A stretch of 64,000 nucleotides of DNA from Tubiluchus corallicola (Eukaryota > Animalia > Priapulida): the NCBI GenBank assembly GCA_030141605.1, contig JAQGDQ010000035.1, positions 682,001 through 746,000 on the forward strand, given 5' to 3'. Positions 1-13,183 of this stretch are shown piece by piece. The notes beneath the pieces were generated by a model. It was not told the DNA's origin, did no database searches, and saw only the letters and a program-made list of their open reading frames with translations. The translations under genes were made by a program, and so were the position numbers. Within the stretch, counting starts at the first letter, position 1; each line of letters opens with the position of its first letter.

Positions 1-3
1 CAG

Positions 4-601
4 GCAGATTATGACCCGCACCGGAGTGCAAGTTTTGAAAAGGAGGCGTTCCGTTGACAATGGCCAAGACGCCAATGAATCACTAACACGGGAGAATTCG
101 AAGTTTGATTTGACTGAATGTACGTACATGTTTACCCCGCTGGTTGTAGATGATTCAGTAAGTAAGCGTGCAAGCACCCAACAGAAGCAAGGTGTTACTA
201 GAAGCTTGTCCAGTTCTGGATCTGACAGTTCTGACATTGCATATGACAACAGAAAGTTATCAGACGTTTCATCATCAAACGACTGCGTCTTTGACGACGA
301 CTGCATGTCAATGATGTCGACAGAAAGTGACAATAGCCGCCGGTCTTCAACACTATCAAATCTTTCAGAAAGCGAGCTGTGTAAAGATCGCCTGCGACAT
401 TCCAGCTTTGATGAATGCCCACCATGCCCGGACGAGGTTACACAAGAGTACATCGTTAGGGTCCTACGGGCCTGTGACGGTGCGCACACTCTGGAAGAAA
501 TCACAGAAGGAATCGAAAAAATTAACAAAGAAGAAGAAAATTCTCCAGATGGAACACCCAGACGAAAAAATTCGTTATTTAAAACAGTGATTGTACTTTG
601 A
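4..601 (+). CDS. Terminal coding exon of an unidentified gene that begins upstream of the window; Ser/Asp-rich, probably disordered C-terminal tail
   Basis: CAG acceptor at 1-3, then a ~198-codon open frame with higher GC than the flanks, TGA at 599-601, an AT-rich 3'UTR and AATAAA at 1293-1298. No family recognised. Confidence 0.7.
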
Positions 602-1292
602 TCATCATATTGTCAGATGGGTTTGTGTACACAAAAGGGAGTCGTATATAACATTTTGTAAATACTTCACTGCCTTGCTTTAACATAATAGGATATCATT
701 AGACAGTGCATAGACAGTTCTCAAGGCAGAACAGACTATACTTAGCGTAGTGGTAATGAACTAGTTTTTCTGAGGCCACATTACGATCACATCGGAACAC
801 CTCAGATATTGGCACTTTTAGTTGAATATAACGGAAATTTCACATTTTCTAGGCATATTGGTTTATATTTCATTAATCGATATTCTAATATGATTCTCTA
901 ATAATTAGTTACCATACTTTGTAGTCACTCACTTATTGATTTTCTAGTCACTCAATGGTTGAATGGCTAGTCTCAGATTTGTTTTTCTACCAAACAGTGT
1001 GTCTTAAAATTAAGCTCATGGACCTTTCACTTAACAGTATGCGACCGATGACTATTACTATAAAGTTTTAGAGATGTTACATGTAAAATGCCACGTCGCT
1101 TCATCTAACTAGAGTTCACTAATATGAAGAAATTGTAGCGCTGTAGCCTTGAATGATAACTGAGGCTTGTGTTCTTTATGTAGTTGATTCAAAAGTGTGA
1201 CAGATTTTGCTCATTGTGACCTCAAATCTGATACGTTTCTGTATGCGGTATGCTATTCAGTGAACTATGAAACATTTAAATTAAAAAGTGAA

Positions 1293-1298
1293 AATAAA
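1293..1298 (+). promoter_or_regulatory. Candidate polyadenylation signal of the first gene
   Basis: AATAAA ~700 nt after the stop, followed ~20 nt later by a T/GT-rich tract (tttatttgtgttt). Confidence 0.45.
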
Positions 1299-4200
1299 TG
1301 TTCTAATAATTACATTTATTTGTGTTTATAATTATATAGAGCGCGAGTGCATGATGCTCTTAGGACCATTAAGGCTGTTAGTCTTTAAAATTAAAAACTC
1401 TCAAAATGTAAATTTACAGTAGTTTTGTAGTAGTAGCTGTATTTTTAAAATGCAGTACTCTGTAGTAATTTAAACAGCATTGAAAAACTATTCAGTAGTT
1501 TAATTATAATCTTCTCATTATGAGTTGTATGCATAAAGTAGACAAGCATTAGCTAATTTTTGCTTAATATATTCTGTTCTCGAGGGAATCTGATTAAAAA
1601 CGTGTTGTAACAAGAGAAGCTTGTTAAGTACGCGCTTATAATTACATTATAGTGGCGCATTTTGATGTATCATATGTTTCATGCCTGTATATAGTTAACA
1701 AAGTTTATACATGAGAATGTTTTTTTGTTTATTGAGTCTTTAGTAAATGCGGTCGAGTATTCATTATGAAAGAAAATCCAATGAAAGACAATCTAAACAG
1801 CGTAGATAACCTCATAAAATAATTACTATGCAATTGATTAGAAATATTTTTTGTAAACATTGTCGAACAGTTAAACAAAAACTATAATCGTAATCTGCTA
1901 AAACGCCTTTCAAAATTAAAAAAATAGAAAAAACCATTAAGAAATTTTTCATGTTGATCTATTGCAAAAAGCGGCTCAGTGTTAAAACGTGCAATTGCTT
2001 ATCGGTTACTCTAGGCACAAAAGAGGAAATGTTTTACCTTGAGAGTATTATAATGTTTACCGTCACAACGTAGTCAGCAACAGAAGAAAATCTGTAGTCT
2101 GCACACCGCCGGCGAAGGTATATTTACTTTAGCAACGGGAAGAGAAAAATCGTGCTCTGCTACTCGTTTGCTAATTTTTCTGCGCACCCTAAAATGTTGT
2201 CAGATTTTTGAGTAGCCACGTAAAGCCACGTAAAAATATTTTCACACTTGCTGTAACGGGCTGTAACCCGAATGGCTAAGAATGCATCAAGTCACGCTGC
2301 TCATTAGACAATAAACGGGAAAATAGCAACTCGCCGTATGTGTTTGAGAAGGTAGACAGTTTATATGCTTTGTGGTACAAAAATTGATTTTCCAAGCAAA
2401 TTCCATTGTGTTTAAATATGGGCTTGGTTGTTGGTGACGATATCCATTGCAACTTACATCTGTTACAATCCTGCTACATCTTAGGATAAGTAATTTTTCT
2501 TCGATCGACCTGACTAGTTTCAGCAACGTTACAAGTTATAGACTTCGTTTTTTAACTTTTTTCAGGGCAAAATCGCATGTATACTACAGAAGATAGAGCA
2601 AAATAAAGACTGAGTGCAATAATAAAACTAAATGAACAAAATAATAAAACAAAAGTAATATTTTTTTAAATTCACATTAATTGTGCGTTTGTTCGACCTT
2701 TCAACTTTTATTAAGTTTGTTCTTTTGTTTTTTTATCTGCCTTCTTTTAATAGTGAAGTTTTTTATTATTATGTACAGCTGCATTTACTACTTTACTACT
2801 ACTTTAAATCTGGTGCACTTTTAGTTTCGTTTAACATAGAATTATGCTTACAGCAGACCATGGAGTACATTCCTCATAGGATCTGTATCACTTTCTACAT
2901 TTCAGTAAAGAAATATTGAAACTGCATTTGAGATTAACATAATTTTATTGCTTTGCGTTGCAGTTTTCACCGAACACACCGTTGACCGGTGTTTTCTTAT
3001 TACACGTTTTGAAATTTCCTCAGGCAAGCTAGAAACGTGTAAAGCAACCTTGCACGCAAGGTCCACGTTTCTATAATGACTACTGCATGCAAACTGTTTG
3101 CAAACTTTAACTTTTATAGTTTGCTGTTCTGCTTTTTGAAGACTGGAAGCCATGAAAACAAAACAACACAACAATCTCTACCACTGATAATAATAATAAG
3201 GGCGCGATGGAAGAAATAACAGGCCGTACAACGGGCGTACATGCACACCACACTGGTTTGTCAAAATCATACAGCCAATTTAAAGTCTAGGAGCTATATA
3301 CGTATACCATTTATTTCAAACATATAGTTAACAGTAAAATTATAAGAAGTACAAAATCATGTAGAAGAAAACTACTGTATAAATTACTTATAGGCTACGA
3401 ACCAGGTCGAAATGCTAAACTTAACAGGGAAAATATCTATCAGCATTAATGCACAAAAACAAACTGTTTTTATAGCGCATAACCGAAATTTTTAAATAAC
3501 ATCTACATCGCGTTGACACAGTTGTGCGCCATGGAAGGAAAGGAGCTGGGTTTACCTGAGCAGAACTCAATAGTCCCGGGAACCACTGCAAAGCACTTAT
3601 AGGGTACGAACCAACGTCGAAACGGCCTGGTCGACATTTAAAGATCAATTCATTCCAGTTAACTTCACAATTCACACTTTTATTTCAGACTTAGAATTCA
3701 TATTAAAATAGACTTAAAAACAAGTCAATTTATACAGTCACAAAATGCCTTTAAAAGCTATTACAGTAACAAAGAACTGGTTGCTTGTTTGCGTAAGTTA
3801 TTACTGATGATCACTGCAGGCTGCAGTCGAAATGTTTGTGACATGCTTTTTTTTATATCTTAAAACTTTTAAAAAAAGTTGTTTTCTTTCACGAAACTAA
3901 AAAATTATGCAAAATATACAAACATCAAATATTCAGATGAGGCAATACAAAAGCGGTGTTTCTGAATTAATCAGGAAAAATGAATTTCAATAATGAAAAA
4001 TTAATTTCATTTTGTATCTAGCCGGATGACGATACCTCAGGAATAAAGTGTTCATTAGTTTTGCTGCAGAAATGTTTCAGGAAATCGGTTGTAAAGCCGA
4101 AAAAATTAAAACCGAAGGTACGTTTTATGCAAGCATTATACTTCGAATTGAATTCTAGTTTATTATGCAAATTGTTACAAACAGAACGTTTAAAGCATTG

Positions 4201-5639
4201 TTTACAACAATAGACTTTTTCTTGTAACTAAACTAATTTATGCAGTTTCAAACCATTGCCAAGAAGAACTCAAATGGTGCCTGCAAATGAAAGAATTAGT
4301 TTCTTTTCTATTTTTCAACATGTCGTCGTTTTGCCTTTTAGTCTGTGAGCGCGACGACAAAAAATTGAGACTAATTACATCGTACTGACTGTCAAGACAA
4401 ATTCTTGTCCTTGAAATGCTCGTTAAACATTTTTGCCTACCTGTAATTAGTTTACCTGTAGAAAAGTTATGTAAACGTGACAGTATCCGCGCACAACACT
4501 ATTAGTACTGTACGTGTTAATTTTTATTATTATTTGTTAAGCATAACCCACGGTGTGGTGGCGGTAGTGGTGGTTAATAAATTTACTAACTACACTCAGA
4601 ATAGAATATAACTAGAAGCAGGAGAGCACGCGTAAAGCCAGTTAACATAATTTGAAGATGATACTAAGACAGCAGATGTACAACCAACAATTTGCACTAT
4701 AATAAACAAACATTCTTGTCCGAGTTCTGATAAAAAACTAAATGAATAACCAGAGAAAAAACAAATTGACATAAAAAACACGTGAAGAGGTAGGAGCACG
4801 ATCTACAAGTCAAAATAAACTTAGTGATTTGAGTTTACTTGAACTAGAGGAATAAGTTCATATCATGTATCATAAAACCATTATCTATGTCCAGACGTTT
4901 AACGTCTATTCAGAAAGCTTGCCTTCTAAAGGCACTTGTATTCAGTTTGGTGTTGGGTGAAATCGGCTAATGTCGAACACTGGCTTTACTAAAAATAACA
5001 AGGTATTGCAATTGCAGATTTTTCTTCTCTTCTATTAATTAAGAAGAGGAAAAAATAATGTCTATACTACTTTGTTATTTTTAGTAAAGCCTGGAGCTCA
5101 TTTGTCTGATATTAGCCCGTGTTCAATATTACCCACTTTGCTTTAAAATCCGGTTAGTATTACGTATGATAACAATACGTCACGACTGCAAGATAATGGA
5201 AACTCATTATTCACACTGTTCTGACGCCTTTCTATTTATAACAGTGCTGTAGATAGTGTAGGGGAAGCGGATGGACAGTGTGACGTCTGTTTTATGATTA
5301 AGCTCGAATGACGTCACAGAGAAAGCACGTTATAGTTAAGATGGCGGAACAAAATTTTGCTCAGGACGTCACTTTAATGCAGTACCGACAAACTTCACGC
5401 GTCATCGTCTAATTTTTCCACCATGGTTCAGTATGCCGTGTACGGACTTATTCCAGTGCACAAATGTCAAATAACGCTTTCTTTAATGCTTTTCACTATT
5501 TTTTTCTAGCGGACATAAGTCACATAATAGTTATAGCTTTATTACGCTATTCATTACAAATAGAGAAACATGTAATAAACGATCTTTTTTCATGTTAAAG
5601 ATTCTAACATGTAGGCATGTTCTTAGCAAAATGACTGTA

Positions 5640-6193
5640 TAGGGTGTTTCAAAAGTTAATGCTACAATACACTTTGATTTCCAATTTTCTTCAAATTCAG
5701 CAAGTTTTTGCATGAATGAAAAGTGGCCTTTGGCTATGATGTTTTATTTACTAATTGAAACCCCGCTGCTATGACGATTTGAGTAACGTTAGAAATGCGG
5801 AGCAAAATCAGTTTGGCAAGATTTTCTTCGATCACCAATTGAAGTTGAGCGGAAGTTCAGAATACCATATGGACCACAGGGTCTCTCATGAATTATTAAA
5901 TGTAGTTTTTCAACAAAGTGCAGCCTTTCTTAGCTGCTCATAAGCTATGAGAGATCTTCTCAGTACAAAACACCCGACTTGCTTTCTGAATTGGTCTGTG
6001 AGCCTCTTGAGGTCCTTGAAGAAAATAACGAAAATAGTGACTTAGTGCTGTAGTTCTTTTCAGATTTTCGTCTAATTTGACTAAAAAGGTTGCCAAAGGT
6101 TTTGGTTCAGCTCTACCTGTTTTCAAACATTTTGCTTTGTTTGTTAAAAAATGTTCGAAATGTAAAGTTTGTAGTGATTTTTGACACACCCTG
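5640..6193. mobile_element. Tc1/mariner-type MITE
   Basis: Left end TA|TAGGGTGTTTCAAAAGTTAATGCTACAA; right end reverse complement CAGGGTGTGTCAAAAATCACTACAA. CAGGGTG termini with a degenerate TA TSD. Confidence 0.65.
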
Positions 6194-8206
6194 TGTATGT
6201 ACATATAACACTTTGCCATTATATCCGTTGCGAAGGCCTTGAAATTTTAAATATGAAAAGACAATCAATTTAAAATCAGACTTCACGTGAACGTGTTTAT
6301 TAACGTCGAAGCATTTTATTTCCGCGTACTTCAGCTCGTACAATAGTAGCTGTAGGTTCTGCAAAATTCTCTTTAAGACGTACATATGCAAAGGTCAGAC
6401 TGTCTTCTCTACACATGCTGTATAGAACTGCACGATTGAAATTCAAAGCTGGTTTTCAGCTGTAAATTTGTAGACGTGAGTGAAATATTTGTATCTTCAT
6501 ATAGAGATTTTTTAGAGATATACACCATGAAGCGTATGTGTAATGTGGCAGCACGTCTGCACTTGTATAATAATTTTAGGTTTGCATGAACGGTGTTTCG
6601 ATATCACTCTCGTTTTCTGAGTGAGTGTTATAATTTCAATAATTTATAATGATTGATTGTTATAATCATAATTAATATAATTATGATAACAATAATTATT
6701 GATTTTACATTTAGGTTTATCGCTGTGACACATCTCTGCGTTTGTTAGATTATTTTCTACAAAACGTCTCTGGCTCTCTGCTTTTTCCATATTTTTTAAA
6801 CCCTAGTTTTCAAACTTTCAGTTTTTTAAACCGCTGGCCACTTTCTGAGCAATTAGCGGCTTAATTTAAAAAAATTACACGTTTCGTGTATTCCAGGTTT
6901 TTCCAGATTCCAGATTTTCATAGTAGGATTGTGAATATAAGGGTATCTCGCCCATCATCAGTAGATTAGTTAAAATTAAAGATAATAAAAAATCTGCCAT
7001 TCTGCAAGACATCGAGAGTTGCAAATCTTCTTATGCTCAACGTGTTTTCTTGGGTCTGCTAGTAGCCTTTAAAGACATCAGAAATGAACAGAAACAGCAG
7101 ATCATACTAATAGGAATTGTTTAGTAACAATTCTTTCTAAGCAGATTGCGTTGTGTAAAATTAGAATCCGTTTCATTTTTAAATAATTCTTACTGATATT
7201 GCGATCAGTTGATTTCACATCGTTTACCCAATTTTTTAGTATAAGTATGTAAATATGATTGTAAAGACATGCTCGATAGTGTTTGTGTTTATTATTAAGC
7301 TTCAGTTTCCACATAATTGACTCTTCTTCTTCTTCTCTTTGATTCTTGTTCCTGCTCCTGTTATGTTGTTCCCGTTTCTACAGGAGCCGTTGTTGTTCTC
7401 CACCATGCTAGTAATTTCTTTTGTAACTACTATTGCTACTGTTACTGTACTGCAGTCGTTTTGTTGTATTTAGAATTAGTACTTTCCTCAATTACCTAAA
7501 CATTAGAGAAAGTTTTATTTAAACGCATATCTTGTGCGAATAAAAATCATTGAATCTTTTGGAGATAAGCAAAGTAATCAATCGAGCCTGCGCCTTACAG
7601 AGTCTATTTCGAGCAATTTCTCGAGGAAAAGAAATTTAGTTAATCCACAGCGCGGCAAAAGCAATTAATTCCACCTTTACAGATGATGAGTGAAAACGCG
7701 CTTCCACACCGAGTTTTGTCTGTAAATATTGTAGATTTCGTGTTACAAACGCAAGAGAAATAATTGCGTCAAAATTACCTGGGCGAGTGAGTGGTTGGTT
7801 GGTTGGGTAACCCTGAGCAGATGAATCACATTCACAGTCGAGTGGAAATTCTAGAATTCCCAGGTAAACTATGCAACCGCAATCAAGCAGATCAGCTTAT
7901 CCCATCACGAGGTCAACATCCTTTTCGCCTTTATTTGATTAAAATTTAAGTCGATATAGGCAGAATTTGAACACGCTTGTTTTATCGTGTAAATCTTATT
8001 GAGTTACTTAGTTTGAAGAATTGAACGGTAAACGATTATTACATCGTAGTGTTTGTATTACTGTATTATATTAAATTTTATTATGCCTGTTTTAGTGGTT
8101 TATAAATGCATTATCGTCAAACCCAGCTTTTAACTCAGTTTTTTAATAGCACACACCACTACCACCGTCAGACCACCGCCACCACCAGTACTAGCACTAC
8201 TGCTAA

Positions 8207-8374
8207 CGGCGTGTTCAGACTAAAGAATATTTTCTCGCAACTTATTGTAGACACGCGTTACGGCGCGTTCAGACTACAGATTTTTTCTCGGAAGTTCTCT
8301 CTGAGAGCTCTGACAAAGAACAATGCTTGTCTGCATTTGTATGTGAGAGAAAACTTTCTAATCTGAACACGCCG
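8207..8374. mobile_element. PIF/Harbinger-type MITE with two nested left ends
   Basis: TAA|CGGCGTGTTCAGAC at 8207, TTA|CGGCGCGTTCAGAC at 8261 and TCTGAACACGCCG|TAA ending 8374; 3-bp TWA target duplication. A related end lies at ~2087-2111. Confidence 0.7.
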
Positions 8375-8375
8375 T

Positions 8376-8590
8376 AACAGCAGCAGAAGTGGCTGCAGTG
8401 TTGGTAACAGAGGCGCAGCAAACTGCAGTAGTAGTAAAAGCAACAACAACTGTAGCACTGACTGTAATAATAACAAAGATAAGCATAAAGCACAATACTA
8501 GCCACAATAGCAACCAAATCGGCAGCGTCAACAGTTAGCAACAATAACGACAGCGACAGCAGCAGCAGCAGCAGCAGCAACAACAGTAAT
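8376..8590. repeat. Degenerate CAG/CAA/TAG trinucleotide low-complexity tract
   Basis: Runs of cagcagcag, caacaacaa and gtagtagta; source of the spurious poly-Leu ORFs. Confidence 0.8.
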
Positions 8591-10058
8591 ATCTGCATCT
8601 TGTGGTAGAAGAAACTTATTGTAGTGGTGGGTTCTGTTGAAGTCGCCAGTTATTTTTCTAACTTTGTTAAATATGAATGAAAGTATTTGTTGGACACGCC
8701 TGCAACCTTTCAACCAAAAAATCCTAATACGCATAGAAGAAATTTGTTAGGAGAAATTCCCTTCTGGAAGAATTCTTGGAAAAAGCAGTTTCGTATTTAC
8801 TAAAAAAACCTAAACAAGTATTTGTGGCTGAGTTTCTCAGAATTACTTATCCTGGGCGGCAACCCTGGACAATCAAGGCTGGTATATTATATATTACAAT
8901 AATTACATGGATTGATTGGCTGGGCGCTAACTTGGCGTCTTAACGCTGGGGTCAGTTTGTGGTTACGAAAAAAGGCAGAAATTGATTTCAAAAACTCGTT
9001 GTTTAAACACATTGGGGATTTTGTGCGCGTGGGAACGCACATGCTGACTTTACCATGCTACAGAGATTTGCAGAAATTGTTTTTTCTAAACCATTTGCCG
9101 GGGCGGGTTGGTATCCTGATAATATAATGATATCCTGAGAGAACAAAAGGCCTAGGGAAAGGGTGAATCGGACCCAGAAGACCCAGAGATCCTAAGGGCA
9201 CAGGAGGTTCTGGGGAAGGAGAAGGAGTTAGGGATTCGAGATCTTTTTGCATCTAGGTTTAACTGAAAAATCACAGTATAGGTCTATATGTATATATACG
9301 TACAATATATGTACGATACAATATACGTACGGTCTATATGTACAATATGTATGTATGTATATTCAAGTTTCTGAACCTACGTAAATACGTTCAGAATTTT
9401 GATAACTCATGACGAGGGTTCACGTATGAAAAAGGTCCTAAATCTCAAGAGGCCTAAGCGTCACTGGATGCATGGGCAAAGCGACGGACGAACCGGCAGA
9501 CAAACAAGCAGATAACGAATATGAAAGCAAGCAAACAAATCTCTCATCGGCGGTTCGATGGCTTATATATCGTTATACACATTTATTCACATACATATTT
9601 ATTCATGTACATGCTTGCGGCTGAAATTGCAAGTTTATTCAAATGTGAAAATGTTACATAGATGTTGTGTTAAAAATACAAACCTGCCAGAAGTGTAAAA
9701 AGCGTAAGTGAGCAAGAAAAGCTTTGTCTCAGTTCCATTTCCCAGGGGTTAATAGTTCAGGTTGATGTATTTGAAAACTTTGATGTGCTGGTAAAAGGCA
9801 TATGGGTGTAACAGCAAATTAATGCCTTAATGACCTTATGCTATGTGGTAAAATAAATATAGCTTTATTATCGAAGGACACATTTTTAAATCCGAGTTTA
9901 TAGCTAAAGAGAAGTTTCACAATAACAAATATTTTCTGCAAGAGTCATGCTCTGATATACCACCGGTGGATAATGATAATCGTAGAGATTAAATTCTTTA
10001 ATATGCTGTCTCTTTAGACACCTAATTTCTAAAGATGCAGAAAAAAGACAGTGATATG

Positions 10059-10396
10059 CAGTGCCGCATTTAGACGCGGCGGGGCCCTAAGCGATATAAA
10101 GTTCCGAGACTCTCTCATTTTTTAAATTACATCAGCTGGTCCCAGAAATTTTTAAAATATATATGCCTTTTAATTATAATAATAGCAAAGTGAACAATAC
10201 AAATTATTTTATGAGTAAAAATTACCTAATTATTACTTAAATGAGTAAACTAATTGTTAATTGAGTAAATATTACTCAATTGTTACTTAATTATAAAAAT
10301 GAGCATAAAACCCAAACTGTAATCTTCTTGAGGCTCCATGCAGATTATAAGGCCCGCAGCTGTAGCTTATTTAGCTTATACCTAAATCTGGCACCG
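10059..10396. mobile_element. hAT-type MITE
   Basis: TIRs CAGTGCCGCATTTAG / CTAAATCTGGCACCG, flanked by an 8-bp TSD GTGATATG (10051-10058) and GTGGTATG (10397-10404), 7/8 identical. Confidence 0.75.
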
Positions 10397-11958
10397 GTGG
10401 TATGTGTGACTAGAGAAGACTCGCAGTTGTAGCGTAATAACTGTTCCTATAACTGCGTAATAACATGCTATCACAAAAATGCTTGCTTAGTTTACTATTA
10501 TTTAAAAATAGTTACTATATTATTAGATTTATTAATCAATATACTTTTAGACCTTATATAAATAACTTGCCGAAGGTCTAGTTAACTTTCGAAACGCCGA
10601 ATTTGGTTGGTCATTTATTAGGGATGAATTATGGACTGCCTGGATCACTAAGGAGTGAGATGGTGCAGTAGTCACCTTGTGGTAAGCACAACGTCCTTAA
10701 ATTCAAATGTGCAAGCTGCATTCCAACTTTTTCACATTTCTCGTCTTTCAAGTTTGCTATCAAAATTTAATTAACAGTGGGCTAGTAAGATCACTGGAAA
10801 GCATTTCCACGCTCATTCTTTTAGCCAAGTCTCAACCAAGAATACTGTACTACTTAGCAGCGGAAAATTTTAGCTTCAAGCTAAAATAGCTGAAATAAAG
10901 CATAAAATGAATGATAATCATTAAATAGCGTCCGCAATTTCGCGAGGCTCCGCCTGAAAAACCAATTTCTAAAATTAAAAAAGGATTGTGATGGTTTTTG
11001 CACTTGAACCCAGCTACTGAGTAACTAGGAATACATGTTTTTGACTTGCGCATTGGAAAAAACTCGAATAAACTGTCACAAAATTTGATATTCCAGCTTT
11101 GAAGCCGGATCCGCATTTCGGCTGGGTCAGCAACCAGCGTGGGTCTTCATCTGCAAAAAATCATTGGGGACCCTGGTCCGCGATCCGCAAATCACGGAAT
11201 GCGAATCTCTGCTAAACACAGCTTTCAGCACCGGAATATCCATTATTTCGCGAGCTTAAATGGAGACAGTTCCTGGTCCTTGAAGTGGGTGCCCAATTTT
11301 TTGAATAAACACATCTATTGCTTGCAATCTCCAAAAGAATGTCGAGTATGAAGCACTGTGTCGTTAGTCAAGCATAAATATGAGTCATTATTAAAAACCA
11401 CTTACTTATGTTCGTTATACAACCTGTGACACAGTGTCATATGTGCTCTAGGTGCTTAGAGTTTTCTCAACTGCACTACAAATATACACAACCTTGAGAA
11501 TCAGACAAATTACTTTTACCAACATTAGCGAACAAATAATAACGCTTCCATGTTCCAGGCACGGAAGCGAATTGGATATGGCTTTTCGGATATAAAAGAG
11601 TGATCTTTGGGATGAAAACGTTACTTACACAACTAATTAATTTTATTTCATCTTTTATACATTTCGGCACAACGGCAAGATGGTCGCCTGTGTAGGGACC
11701 ATTATAGGTGTTACGTAGTTGTGAAAGTTTTAGAACTTTAATTAAAGCCGCTTTTAAATAAAGGTTATTTTTATTATATTATTACTACTATTATCATCAG
11801 GAATTTGTAATTTTGGTTTTATCGTTATTAGTGATAATGTGGGAATGCCAAAGGCTCAATTCTTGTGTTTTTCAGGAAATCTGCAGAATTCATTCCAAGA
11901 TGTTAAAGAAGTGCCATAAATGCGTTTTCTGCAGACGGTGTGTTCGTGTAAAATTTTG

Positions 11959-12031
11959 AACAACAATAGCAACAACAACATCAACAATAACAACAACAAC
12001 AACCACAACAACAACAACAACAACAACAACA
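11959..12031. repeat. (CAA)n microsatellite, imperfect
   Basis: Direct reading of the sequence. Confidence 0.9.
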
Positions 12032-12060
12032 AGTGTGTGGTCCGGTATGCCAGTTTAAAT

Positions 12061-12883
12061 GCACCCCTTTCATTATACCCACAATAATTCAAACCCAGTT
12101 TCAAATTATCTGGCTGCATGTATATCTAAACTAGGTTCAAAGTAACTTGGTTAGATATACCCCCTAGTTTCAGATTACCCTCCAAAAACGAAGCTGAAGA
12201 CCGATTAAATTACCTTATAGTTGTAAAATCTATGTAGCGATTTCTATCTAGTTTTACGAAAACAAAAAATAATTTTGCCCAGAAGAATTTTTATTACGTG
12301 TTCATATACATTATACTATACGTTTAATAACAATAATTTGTTTGCCTATATTTATATCCACGAGTATCCCTATTACAAAAAATCGCTAAAAATATTTCGA
12401 AATAAATTATTTGAAAAGCTGTGCATAAAGCATACGTTTTAATCTGACTTACGTGAATGATTTTAAGAACGCGTAATTTTTTGAATAAAACGAACTTTAG
12501 TATATGTGCTCTAAAGCATATAATTATAAGCATGCACAGAACTATAAAGATTTTCAACATAAAGTCTGTGCTGACGATTGTCAATTTAACAACACACATC
12601 AAAAGAATGTCTCTTAACCTCTCGTTCCACAGTGCTATAGGATGGGCTGACAATCTAGCACTTTTTTCGTCAATGTTGTTTTACCACAGACTTTTCTCAC
12701 ACCACAGACTTCCTTTATATACATGTACAGCATACTATAATATATGAGAAACTATGGAAACAATTTGAAATTGGAGTACGTAATTCAAGCCTAGTTTCAA
12801 GTTACTCTGGGAGTATATTTAATTTAGGTTCATTTTACAGTTTTTTTGAAACTGGGGTAATTTAGAACTGTTAAGAAAAGGCA
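12061..12883. mobile_element. Probable degenerate non-autonomous DNA transposon
   Basis: Subterminal inverted similarity: AATTCAAACCCAGTTTCAAA near 12086 versus TTTGAAACTGGGGTAATT near 12845, plus internal CTAGTTTCA repeats. TSD not resolved. Confidence 0.35.
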
Positions 12884-13094
12884 GATAGGCCTACTACAGT
12901 CCATGCTGAATGCAACAGCATATCCTGCAGATATTTATAGTTCTACTGGATAACAGATTATTCTAATCATTAATTATTAATCATTCACAGAAATTTTACG
13001 CTCAAAATTAATCAAAATAAAAATGAATTTAATTACAGTGTAATTAGAATCAGCCTGAGTATAGAGTGAACTTTGAACTGCATTGACCACTTAG

Positions 13095-13183
13095 AGATAC
13101 AGTGGTCAATGGTGTGTGCCTTTTCTGCATGCAAGCCTATATTTGAAGTCCCAGGTTCAAATATAAGCTGTATCCCAATTTTT
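13095..13183 (+). mobile_element. tRNA-derived SINE head or tRNA-like pseudogene
   Basis: GATACAG...CTGTATC can close an acceptor-like stem; A-box-like AGTGGTCAATGG; B-box-like GGTTCAAAT; followed by a T-run. The cloverleaf is not canonical. Confidence 0.35.

Noticed and set aside
8258-8734. Poly-Leu signal-peptide-like ORFs (also 11856-12119 and 14507-14695)
   Set aside because: Products of trinucleotide microsatellites.
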